64,000 nt of DNA, taken from the NCBI GenBank assembly GCA_965222375.1, contig CBDCTZ010000011.1, positions 192,001 through 256,000 on the forward strand. Reading direction: 5' to 3'. Position 1 is the stretch's first letter. Every line of letters begins with the position of its first letter. This document shows positions 1-8,948 of the stretch, piece by piece. Made by a program: the position numbers and the translations under genes. The stretch comes from Polyangiaceae bacterium (lineage in GTDB: Bacteria > Myxococcota_A > Polyangia > Polyangiales > Polyangiaceae). The notes beneath the pieces were generated by a model, which saw only the letters and a program-made list of their open reading frames with translations, made no database searches and had not been told where the DNA came from.

Positions 1-948
1 GACGTGGAACATCGCCCGATAGACAATGGGTTCCGTCAAATCTAGGCACCAGCCGCCGTCCGCATAGAGCTCGAACTTGGCGCCGATGACTCGACCCTCA
101 TCGTCAAAGCCAACCTGGTAGCGACCTAGAAAAGGGTGGCGCTTGCCCGTGAGGGTCATATCCCGCTGACGATCGAGGCGGAGCCGCACGGGCCGTCCGG
201 TCTTTTTCGCAGCCAGGGCCGCGACCGCGGCCCAGGTGTTGGCTTGCACCTCCTTGCCGCCAAACGCACCGCCCATGCGTAGCATCTGCACGGTGACTTC
301 GTTCTTCGGCAGGCCGACGACCCGCGCCACGATCTCCTGAGTCTCCGACGGGTGTTGGGTGGACGAATGCACCAGCAAGTGCCCGGACTCATCGACTAGA
401 GCCAGCGCAGCTTGCCCCTCCAGATACACGTGCTCTTGCCCCCCGATGAACAGCTCGCCCTGCAGCTGGTGGGGCGCTGCGGATATGGCCGAATCCGGGT
501 CGCCACGCTTGATACGCAGCAAGTCGGTCAAGTAGCTTTCTTCGCTCAGGCCCTGCTCGATGCTCAGAATGGCTGGCAGTTCGTCGACGTCCACTTTCAC
601 CAGGCCAGCGGCACGTCGGGCGATCGGTTCGGTCTCGGCAACTACCCAGGCGACCGGGTGACCATGGAACATGACTTCGTTTGGGAACAGGGGCTCATCG
701 GGTCGAGAGGGCCCCAACTCGTTCTTCCCGCTGACGTCCGCCGAGGTCAGCACCTCCACCACACCTTCCAGGGCGAGGGCAGCGCGCAGTTCGAGCCCGC
801 GCAGCCGTGCATGGGCCTTTTCGACGCAGACGGGCCAGCAATGCAGCAAGTCGGGGTAACGAGTGGCGAGATCGTCGGTGTACAGCGCGCCACCAGTCAC
901 ATGGCCTTCGGCGCTCTCGTGAGAAATGGCACTACCCAGCGTTTTCAC
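1..948 (-). CDS. xdhB: Xanthine dehydrogenase molybdopterin-binding subunit (5' part; runs off the window edge)
   Basis: Manual translation from GTG at 948: MKTLGSAISHESAEGHVTGGALYTDDL... with later GGQEHVYLEGQ, STQHPSETQ and MGGAFGGKE motifs. Missing from the ORF track because its stop lies outside the window. Confidence 0.93.
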   Translation of the reverse strand, partial: MKTLGSAISHESAEGHVTGGALYTDDLATRYPDLLHCWPVCVEKAHARLRGLELRAALALEGVVEVLTSADVSGKNELGPSRPDEPLFPNEVMFHGHPVAWVVAETEPIARRAAGLVKVDVDELPAILSIEQGLSEESYLTDLLRIKRGDPDSAISAAPHQLQGELFIGGQEHVYLEGQAALALVDESGHLLVHSSTQHPSETQEIVARVVGLPKNEVTVQMLRMGGAFGGKEVQANTWAAVAALAAKKTGRPVRLRLDRQRDMTLTGKRHPFLGRYQVGFDDEGRVIGAKFELYADGGWCLDLTEPIVYRAMFHV

Positions 949-1104
949 GGGTCAGAGGTTACCACCGTCGCAGCGGAGGAAAGGCGCGAGTGGCCCGAAT
1001 CGGGCGCTGCCCGATAACAAAACCTCCGGGATTTCTCGGATCGGGCCCCGGCATCAATGGCCTCGAGCTTGCACACCCCTTCGAAACGCTGTAGGCCGCG
1101 CGGC

Positions 1105-3147
1105 ATGAAACTGCGGGGAATGGGCGGATTGACGTTCTGCGGCAGCGTGATGGGTGCGCTTTTCTTCGCCAGCGCGTGCGGCTCGGCTGGCTCCGGTGGT
1201 GGCAACGGCGGTAGCGCAGGCATGGCCGGTGGCGATGCAGGCGGAGCCGGTGGCGATGCGGGTGGAACGGGCGGCGCTGGAAGCGGGTGTGAGGATTGTC
1301 CCGAGCCGGTCTGCAATGCCGGAACACGCTGGGCAGCGGGCACCTCGGCGTTCGCGGACCGCACCGACGAGTGGGGCCTCACCGGGGTCTTGGGGCAGCG
1401 CATCTACGTTGCCGACATCGATGGAGACGGCTTCCCAGATCTCATTGCTCGTAGCGGTGCAGTTGCTTCCGACGACTTCGCCGTAGGCGGCAAGCGCAGC
1501 AGCTTTGTCATGCGCAACACCGGCAGCAAAGGATTCACGGACGAAACCCAAAGCTCCGGTTTGCTCGCAATGCGCACTGACACCAGCGGCACCAAGGGGC
1601 GGCCGGGTCAAGTCATGGCATTTGCCGACGTGGACAACGACGGTGACCTAGATGCGTTCACGGGTCTGAACACCTCGGACCCGGCCAAGTCCCTGGGCGA
1701 ATCCAGCGAGCTGATGCTCAACGACGGCAGCGGAAAGTTCAGCTTCGGTCCAGATGCGAGCCAAGCCCGCTCGGCGGGACAAACCGCAAACCCCGCCGGA
1801 GTCACCTTCGTAGACTACGATCGCGACGGGCTACTCGACTTGTGGATTCCGCAAAACAGCTACGGGTTCGGTGGCATCGGTTCCTCTCCGCAGCAAGACC
1901 GTCTCTACCGTGGCGATGGGCAAGGTGGATTCAGCCTCGTGACGGACCAGGTGGGGCTGACCACCACGCCCTTCGGCGGTTCAATTCCCGACCTGAACGA
2001 GGCGCGTTCCCATTCCAACGCCTGGTCGAGTCTCGCCTGTGACTTGAACGGCGATGGCAATCCCGAATTGTTGGCGGCTTCCTACGGCCGTGCGCCGAAC
2101 CACCTCTGGGTCGGCAACGGAACTGGCTTCGTCAATCACTCGGTGGCATCGGGCTACGCCTTCGACGAAAACCAAGACTGGAAGGACAATCAGTTCGCCC
2201 GCTGCTACTGCCAGGCCAACCCCACCGCCGAAGATTGCGCGGGGGTTGCCGCTCCACAGATCACGTGCTCACAACCCAATTGGAATCACAGCACGGGTCG
2301 CGAGCCGTTTCGCTTGGGAGGCAACAGCGCCAGCACCTTCTGCGCCGACATCGACAATGATGGCGACATGGACCTGCTGACTGGCGAAATCCGCCATTGG
2401 TGGGCGGGCGCTGGCTCCGACGGGGGCGAACTCTTGGTCAACACCGGCGAGGCAGATCTGCGCTTCGAGCGACCCGGCGATGCCACCCTGGGCCTGGAGA
2501 TCAAGCAAAGCAGCGTCAGTTGGGACGAAGGCCATATGACCAACGCGGTCTTCGACTTCGACAACGACGGCTGGCCGGACGTCTACGTAGGTGCTTCGGA
2601 CTACCCCGGGAATCACGGGCTGCTCTACCACCAGAGCTCCAAGCTCAACTTCGTGGAAGTGCCCGTGGCGGAAGGCATAGACCACAACCGCAGCCACGGC
2701 GTCGTATTCGCGGACTTCGATCGCGACGGCGACCTCGATCTAGTCGTTGGCCACTCCCGCGCCCGGTGTGACGTGACGGCGCCGAACAACTGCTACGCTA
2801 CCGCCAACGTACGTTTCTTCGAGAACGTCATGGGTGAGCAGAGCAACTTCTTTCAACTCCGCCTGGTCGGCGGCGCGGGCTCCAACCGGTCGGCGGTTGG
2901 CGCGCGCGTGACTGTCAAGGCCGGCGACGTCACTCAAACCCAAGAGGTCGGCGGCGGCTTCGGGCATTTCGGTGCACAGAACGACATGGTCCTGCATTTT
3001 GGACTGGGCGCAGCCTGCGAAGCGGAAGTCACGGTGCGTTGGCCCAACGCGGAGCTCGCGACCCAAACCGTGAAGCTACCCGCAGGTCATCGCTTTCTGG
3101 TGACGCAGGGCGAGGCAACTCGGGTTGACCCGTTGAGCGTGAAGTAA
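1105..3147 (+). CDS. CRTAC1/FG-GAP repeat lipoprotein with ASPIC/UnbV-like C-terminus
   Basis: Lipobox-like ASAC; many DxDxDGxxDL repeats; C-terminal NRSAVGARVTV...LHFGLG...VRWP. Confidence 0.85.
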   Translation: MKLRGMGGLTFCGSVMGALFFASACGSAGSGGGNGGSAGMAGGDAGGAGGDAGGTGGAGSGCEDCPEPVCNAGTRWAAGTSAFADRTDEWGLTGVLGQRIYVADIDGDGFPDLIARSGAVASDDFAVGGKRSSFVMRNTGSKGFTDETQSSGLLAMRTDTSGTKGRPGQVMAFADVDNDGDLDAFTGLNTSDPAKSLGESSELMLNDGSGKFSFGPDASQARSAGQTANPAGVTFVDYDRDGLLDLWIPQNSYGFGGIGSSPQQDRLYRGDGQGGFSLVTDQVGLTTTPFGGSIPDLNEARSHSNAWSSLACDLNGDGNPELLAASYGRAPNHLWVGNGTGFVNHSVASGYAFDENQDWKDNQFARCYCQANPTAEDCAGVAAPQITCSQPNWNHSTGREPFRLGGNSASTFCADIDNDGDMDLLTGEIRHWWAGAGSDGGELLVNTGEADLRFERPGDATLGLEIKQSSVSWDEGHMTNAVFDFDNDGWPDVYVGASDYPGNHGLLYHQSSKLNFVEVPVAEGIDHNRSHGVVFADFDRDGDLDLVVGHSRARCDVTAPNNCYATANVRFFENVMGEQSNFFQLRLVGGAGSNRSAVGARVTVKAGDVTQTQEVGGGFGHFGAQNDMVLHFGLGAACEAEVTVRWPNAELATQTVKLPAGHRFLVTQGEATRVDPLSVK

Positions 3148-3251
3148 GGTCTTCACGCAACAAACTAGTGTAGTCAAAGGTGTGTCGACGCCAACGCTGA
3201 GGCGAGCATCCGGGTTCTACGGTACCCTAATGTTGAGGAGTAGCTTCGCGC

Positions 3252-4049
3252 ATGAGCGCAACTAGGCCAACGTCCACCGCCATCATTTTCATCGCGCTCG
3301 CCACCAACTTGGCAGCGTGCAGTCTCGAACAGTCCGGAGCGGGCGAGGGGGGCGCCAAGGACGCAGGCAATGGCGCATCCGCGGGTACTGGCGGCGTAGT
3401 CGGAACCGGTGGATTCGTCGGGAGCGGGGGCAACGCAGCGGCAGGCGGCGTCGCCGGAGCTGCTGGCAGTTTCGGAGGCACAGCCGGCCTTTCCGGCGCA
3501 CCAGGGACGGGGGGAACTCCCTCCACGGGAGGCACGCCCGCAACCGGCGGTACCCCCGCAATCGGCGGTGCCCCGACGACGGGCGGAGCCGCAGGTGCCG
3601 GCGGTGTCATCTGTTCGCCGAATCCCCCACCGGCACCGGCCTGCCCATCCAGCAAACCGCCACAATGTACCAGCTGCACGAACGGCGTATGCGTCATCGA
3701 TTGCATCGGCAAGGACAAATGCAAGGACGACAAGATCGTTTGCCCACCGGGCCTGATCTGCAACATTCGCTGCGACGGTAACGGCGCATGCGAAGGCGGC
3801 AGTATCGATTGTGGTTCGTCGCTGTTCTGTAACGTCCTGTGCAAGGAAGATCACGCGTGCAAAGACCGAACGATCACTTGCGGCTCCGGGCCTTGCCAAC
3901 TGACCTGCGACGCTCACGACAACGCCTGTGGCCAGGCGAAGGGCTTCAAATGCGGGACGGGCTACTGCGGCCTCACCTGCAATGGATACGACGGACCGCC
4001 AGGTCCCAATTGCAGTGCCAAGCCTTGCAGCGGCTGCCCCACCTGCTAA
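3252..4049 (+). CDS. Gly-rich/Cys-rich lipoprotein
   Basis: LAAC lipobox, Gly linker, C-terminal repeats such as CxGxxxC. Confidence 0.75.
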   Translation: MSATRPTSTAIIFIALATNLAACSLEQSGAGEGGAKDAGNGASAGTGGVVGTGGFVGSGGNAAAGGVAGAAGSFGGTAGLSGAPGTGGTPSTGGTPATGGTPAIGGAPTTGGAAGAGGVICSPNPPPAPACPSSKPPQCTSCTNGVCVIDCIGKDKCKDDKIVCPPGLICNIRCDGNGACEGGSIDCGSSLFCNVLCKEDHACKDRTITCGSGPCQLTCDAHDNACGQAKGFKCGTGYCGLTCNGYDGPPGPNCSAKPCSGCPTC

Positions 4050-4051
4050 CG

Positions 4052-4285
4052 CTACTTCGGGTCGATGGGCGCGTAGTCGGGTAGATCCGGAGGTGGGGCG
4101 GCCGTGTCGCTTTCGCCCTTCTTCTCTTTGCCGCTTGCTTTTCCGCCCGACGCCTTCTTTGCTGGCTTGCCCTCGCCTGCTTCATTGGCCGACTTGCTAC
4201 CGCCCGGCACGCTATAGCCAGGCGAGTTGCACGCGCTCGCAAAGGCGAGGCACAGGGCAGACATCAAGATCGTTGAAGGTTGCAT
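4052..4285 (-). CDS. Small putative lipoprotein (start uncertain)
   Basis: MQPSTILMSALCLAFASAC lipobox, then a short Lys/Gly-rich tail. Confidence 0.45.
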   Translation of the reverse strand: MQPSTILMSALCLAFASACNSPGYSVPGGSKSANEAGEGKPAKKASGGKASGKEKKGESDTAAPPPDLPDYAPIDPK

Positions 4286-4486
4286 TCTGAGAAAGCTTGG
4301 CAGCAATTTCCCGCTTTGCACTGACCTTCGTCAAGGGGGAGCCGCGGGTCGCAGCCAAGAGCCCTTCTGGCCGTCTTGGATGCGAGGTCCCCGACAGCCC
4401 TGAACATCCAGAGGCCACGACTTCTTCCCGCCCTTGGGGCACGATGCGTAGTTGCAACGGCGGTCCGGCGTCACTAGGACCACGCG

Positions 4487-5296
4487 GTGACTCTCGCGCA
4501 TGCGCTCATCGGCGACCCCCACGCCCCCAGGGGTATCTTGCTGGTGCACGGCTTGCTCGCCTCGGGACGCAACCTACGCAGCTTGGCCCGGGCGTTGACC
4601 CAGCGGATGTCGGGCAGTCACGCATTGCTCGTCGACCTGCCTGGTCACGGGGGCTCGCCCGAGTTGGGCCTGAGCGATGACATCACCACGGTCCGCGGCT
4701 GCGCGGCGGCCGTCGCCAGCACGGCGAGGGAACTCGAAGTTCGTGTCGACACGGTCATCGGCCACTCTTTTGGGGGCAAGGTATCGTTGCTACTCTCGGA
4801 GCACTTGCCCGGAATCGAGAGAGTCTGGACCCTCGATACGAGTTTGGATGCCGACCCCGATTGGCGCAATCGCAGTGACGTGGCCTCGGTGATTGCCGCG
4901 CTTCGGTCCGTGCGCGTCCCGACGCCCGAGCGCAAGGACGTTGCCGATCAGTTGACCACGGCCGGGCTGTCGAGACGCATCGCCGACTGGATGACGACCA
5001 ATTTGCAACGTACTCGAGACGGCTACCGGTGGGTCTTCGACCTCGACCAGATTGAGCTCTTGACCGACGACTACTTTCGGATTGATGCCGTCAATCTGCT
5101 GCAGAAACGAAAGGGTACCCCTTTCACTCATCTGCTCCGCGCCGAGAATGGTGAGCGCTGGACGCCCGAGTCTCTTGCGCGCGCGGAGGAGCTGTCCAAG
5201 GACCAAGTCGCCTTGCACGAACTCCCGGATGCAGGCCACTGGGTCCATGCGGACAACTTGCCGGGCCTCCTGGAGCTGCTCACCGCGCACCCGTGA
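4487..5296 (+). CDS. Alpha/beta-fold hydrolase (YbfF/ABHD11-like)
   Basis: HGLLAS, DLPGHG, nucleophile elbow GHSFGG, AGHWVHAD. Confidence 0.9.
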   Translation: MTLAHALIGDPHAPRGILLVHGLLASGRNLRSLARALTQRMSGSHALLVDLPGHGGSPELGLSDDITTVRGCAAAVASTARELEVRVDTVIGHSFGGKVSLLLSEHLPGIERVWTLDTSLDADPDWRNRSDVASVIAALRSVRVPTPERKDVADQLTTAGLSRRIADWMTTNLQRTRDGYRWVFDLDQIELLTDDYFRIDAVNLLQKRKGTPFTHLLRAENGERWTPESLARAEELSKDQVALHELPDAGHWVHADNLPGLLELLTAHP

Positions 5297-5462
5297 GCCC
5301 GAGCTGATCGCCTCGGCATCGTCCGAATCGCTGGCTCTAGAGGTGCCTCGCTGTCGCAATCGCCCGTGCCCATCACAATGGGGCTTGCCCGGGGTTTTTG
5401 GGGCGCCTCTTCAGTGATAAGAACTGGTCACGTGCGCCCTCGAGTAGGCGCCGGTCAATCTC

Positions 5463-7493
5463 ATGAGCGAGCCTGTCGGCTTCAAGCGAAACGTCGGCCT
5501 GTTCATGGCCGTGATGATCGGCATCGGCGCGATGATGGGCCCGGGCATCTTCGCTCTGCCCGGTGAGCTCGCCAAACTGGTTGGTCCCCTTGGCGTGGTT
5601 TCTTACCTGGTGCTGGGCTTGGCCGTCATTCCGACCGCCCTGAACTACAGTGAGCTCGGGGCTGCAATCCCGGTTGCTGGCGGGGGTTATTCGTTCGTGA
5701 GCCGGACGCTGCCGAAGACCGTCGCCTTTCTCACCGGCTGGTTCTTCTGGATTGGCAACGTTCTGGCGTGTTCGATGTACGCGCTGATCTTCGCACTGAC
5801 TGTTCAGCAGTACTTCTGGCCCGGCGCAACCGTGCCGATGGTCGCTATCTCGGTCACCGCCCTATTCACCGTGTTGAATGTCCGCGGGATGCAACAGTCT
5901 CTGAAGGTGATTGCGGTGATGAACTTCGTCGAACTCGGCGTGCTCATGGCTTTCGCCGCACTCGGAGCCTTCAAGGTGGAGGCGGCGAATCTCGAGCCGC
6001 TGGCGCCGATGGGTTTCGGCCCGTTCCTTCCAAGCATCGCTCTGATCTACGTGTCCTACGTTGGCTTCGATCTGATCACGGTCGCCGCCGAGGAGATCGT
6101 CGAGCCGGGCAAGACTATTCCCCGGGCGATCATGATCACGCTCTTCGTCGGGATGGCAATCTACCTGACCGTGGTGTTCGTGATGATGGGCGCTGTGCAC
6201 TACACGGATCTCGGTGCCAGCGAAGTGCCGTTCATCTTTGCCGCGGATACGCTTTTTGGGGGCTGGGGGCGCGCGGCCGGAATCGTTGCCACAGTGATGG
6301 CGAGCCTGTCTGCCTTCAGTGTCACCCTCGGCGCTAGCGCCCGCATTCTCTATGCCTTGTCGCGCGACGGGCACCTCCCACGGCCGCTGTCGACGTTGCA
6401 CAAGAAGTACCAGACGCCTCACATTGCACTCGGGCTGTGTGCGTTGGTCGTCGTGATCTTCAGCAGCTCCGGGATCATCCGTCTGGTCGCATCGATTAGC
6501 GCGTTCGGCTACCTGACCGGACAGGGCATCGTCAACTACTCGGTGATCGCGTTGCGCCGCCGCATGCCTGCGCTGCGGCGGCCGTTCAGCGTGGGTTGGT
6601 TTCCATGGCTGGCGATCATCGGCATCGTTTCTTGCTGGGCTTTTGTTCCAGCACTCGAGCTCCGGTCCTTTGCTCTGGGTGGCGCACTTACCATCATCGG
6701 CGCAGCGATCTACTTGATTCGACCCGCCAACCGCGCTGAGGTGCGCAAAGCGGGCAAGAACGTCTCACGGCTTTTGTGGTTGCTTCTGCAAAGAAGGAAG
6801 GCGCGTATGCGGGTACTCATTATTGGTGGCGGCAGGCAAGGCTCGAACATCGCGGACCGGCTGCTCGCCAGTGACGAACATCGGCTCATGTTCCGCTCCC
6901 ACGAGCACCAGATCACCTTCATTGAGAAGAGCGAAAGCGTCTGCAAGGAGCTGGAGCACCGTTACGGCGTACCGATTTTCCACGGTGACGGCACCAGAAA
7001 GGAGATCCTCGAGCAGGTGGGCCTCGAAAATGTCGACGTCACCATCGCCGCATCCGATGACGACGGGAACAACGTGATCGCCGCCCTGCAAGCCAAACGG
7101 CTCGGTCTCAAACAGGTGATCGCGATCGTGCGGGAGCCGGACTACGGCACCCTGCTCGAGGAAAACGACATCGTCGCGATCAGTGCCCCTTGGGCCACCG
7201 CTGCCCTGGTCGAAAACTATTTGGACCGGCCGGGAGTCGCAGAGCTGTTCGAAATCGGCACGGGCATTGCGAACTTGGTTGGCGTGATCTTGCCCAAGGC
7301 AGCGAAGGTGGCGGGAAAGGCGATCAGCGAAATCGACATTCCGGCGGAGTGCGTCGTCGCTGCGGTGATTCGCGGGAAGGAGTTCGTCGTCCCCCGGGGC
7401 CACACGCAAGTGCAGGCGGGCGACCATGTCGTCTTCGTCGGTCCTGCGGCCGCGGTCAAAGCCGCTCAGGACCTGTTCATGGTCGAAGGGTAG
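5463..7493 (+). CDS. APC-family amino acid permease fused to TrkA-type RCK_N and RCK_C domains
   Basis: IGAMMGPGIF, ELGAAIPVAGGGY, SYVGFD..AEE, TPHIAL; about 12 hydrophobic segments; then MRVLIIGGGRQG, HGDGT, VPRGHTQVQAGDHV. Confidence 0.88.
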   Translation: MSEPVGFKRNVGLFMAVMIGIGAMMGPGIFALPGELAKLVGPLGVVSYLVLGLAVIPTALNYSELGAAIPVAGGGYSFVSRTLPKTVAFLTGWFFWIGNVLACSMYALIFALTVQQYFWPGATVPMVAISVTALFTVLNVRGMQQSLKVIAVMNFVELGVLMAFAALGAFKVEAANLEPLAPMGFGPFLPSIALIYVSYVGFDLITVAAEEIVEPGKTIPRAIMITLFVGMAIYLTVVFVMMGAVHYTDLGASEVPFIFAADTLFGGWGRAAGIVATVMASLSAFSVTLGASARILYALSRDGHLPRPLSTLHKKYQTPHIALGLCALVVVIFSSSGIIRLVASISAFGYLTGQGIVNYSVIALRRRMPALRRPFSVGWFPWLAIIGIVSCWAFVPALELRSFALGGALTIIGAAIYLIRPANRAEVRKAGKNVSRLLWLLLQRRKARMRVLIIGGGRQGSNIADRLLASDEHRLMFRSHEHQITFIEKSESVCKELEHRYGVPIFHGDGTRKEILEQVGLENVDVTIAASDDDGNNVIAALQAKRLGLKQVIAIVREPDYGTLLEENDIVAISAPWATAALVENYLDRPGVAELFEIGTGIANLVGVILPKAAKVAGKAISEIDIPAECVVAAVIRGKEFVVPRGHTQVQAGDHVVFVGPAAAVKAAQDLFMVEG

Positions 7494-7495
7494 GG

Positions 7496-8905
7496 CTAGG
7501 GGCTGACGGTTGCAGCCTCCGAAGGCTGGCCGGTTTCATGGAAGAACTTGGCGAACAAGCGCGTGATCATTGCGCTGCGGTATTCGGCGCTGCCACGGTG
7601 ATCGGACATGGGCGAGAACGCCTTGCTGAGCAAAAGCGTCGCAGCGCTGAGGGCGGCGCTGTCCCACTTTTTTCCCAGTAGGGCGTTCTCCGCCTCGAGG
7701 GCGCGCACCGGCGTCGCGGCCACGCCACCGTAGGCCAGGCGGGCGGCTGTGATCCTGCCTCGTGAATCGAGACGCAAGCTGAAACCCGCGGCCACCGTCG
7801 AGATGTCGTCCAGCACCCGTTTGCTGACCTTGTAGAAGCGTTGGAGCTGCGGCGCGGGCAACGGGATGTGGACTGTGGCGATGAGCTCGCCCGGTGCCAG
7901 CGCGGTCTTCCGATAGCCCTTGAAGAAGTCGGCCAGGGGCACCCGTCGTTCGCCGCTCGCGCTCACCAAGCCGAGCTCTGCATCGAGCGCAAGCAAGGCT
8001 GGCGGACTGTCGCCGATGGGTGACGCCGTACCGAGGTTGCCACCCAAAGTGGCGCGGTTTCGAATCAACCGCGACGAAAACAATGGAAAGAGCTGCTCCA
8101 ACATCGCCAGCTTGCCGACAACTCGTCGTTCGATCTCGGATAGCGGCAACCCCGCGCCGATGCACAACTCGTCCTGGCCGAAGCTCCACACTTGAAGCTC
8201 GGACACGTTTTCCAAGGAAATCAGCTTGGTGTGGGTGATGGCACGCTGGTTGATATCAACAACCACGTCGGTGCCACCGCTCAAGATGCTTGCGTCGGAA
8301 TGCTGTTTCAGCAGATCGAGAGCGTCGGCGAGTCTTGTCGGGCGAAAGAAGGCGTGGCCAGACGCGGCGGACACCGGGGCAGGCTCAGGCGGCGCGAGTT
8401 CCAGGCGTCGCCGGTGAGGATCCCCCGCTTTGGGTTCGCTCAGGCCTCGTGCGGCGTCCCGAATTGGGCGGTACCCGGTGCAGCGGCATAGGTTTCCGCT
8501 GATGGCCTCGGAATCGTAGTTGTCGCGATCTTTACGATAGTACTCCGCAAACAGGCTCATGATGAAGCCTGGGGTGCAGTAGCCGCATTGAGAGCCGCCG
8601 AGCTCCACCATGGATTGCTGGACTGGGTGTAGAGCATCGCCGTGCTTCACGCCCTCGACGGTGATGACCTCCTGCCCCAGGGCAGAACCAAGCAGGAGCA
8701 GGCAACTGTTCACCGGCTCGTATCGTGCGGCGCCGGCAGCATCACTGCGCACCAGCACGACGGCACACGCGCCGCACTCGCCTTCCGCGCAACCCTCCTT
8801 CGTGCCGGTTAGGCCGCGCTCGCGAAGGAAGTGAAGCAGCGGTTGATGAAGGTCCGCCTCGCTCACGTCGATGCGACTGCTGTTCACGGTCAGCTCGAGA
8901 GTCAT
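7496..8905 (-). CDS. xdhA: Xanthine dehydrogenase small subunit (2Fe-2S plus FAD)
   Basis: GTKEGCAEGECGAC, SQCGYCTPGF, GNLCRCTGY, IRNRATLGGN, SPIGDS; start placed at ATG 8905 (MTLELTVN). Confidence 0.95.
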   Translation of the reverse strand: MTLELTVNSSRIDVSEADLHQPLLHFLRERGLTGTKEGCAEGECGACAVVLVRSDAAGAARYEPVNSCLLLLGSALGQEVITVEGVKHGDALHPVQQSMVELGGSQCGYCTPGFIMSLFAEYYRKDRDNYDSEAISGNLCRCTGYRPIRDAARGLSEPKAGDPHRRRLELAPPEPAPVSAASGHAFFRPTRLADALDLLKQHSDASILSGGTDVVVDINQRAITHTKLISLENVSELQVWSFGQDELCIGAGLPLSEIERRVVGKLAMLEQLFPLFSSRLIRNRATLGGNLGTASPIGDSPPALLALDAELGLVSASGERRVPLADFFKGYRKTALAPGELIATVHIPLPAPQLQRFYKVSKRVLDDISTVAAGFSLRLDSRGRITAARLAYGGVAATPVRALEAENALLGKKWDSAALSAATLLLSKAFSPMSDHRGSAEYRSAMITRLFAKFFHETGQPSEAATVSP

Positions 8906-8948
8906 GAGCTCGCACTGTACCAGGCTTTGCGCGGGAACCGGGGCGCTC

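Noticed and set aside
945..1403. Relic xdhA 3' end overlapping the xdhB start (GTGA; SSAATVVTSDP versus SEAATVSP)
   Set aside because: Nucleotide similarity to the real xdhA end is poor. The ORF is mostly the antisense shadow of the FG-GAP gene, and the region is better explained as the xdhB promoter.
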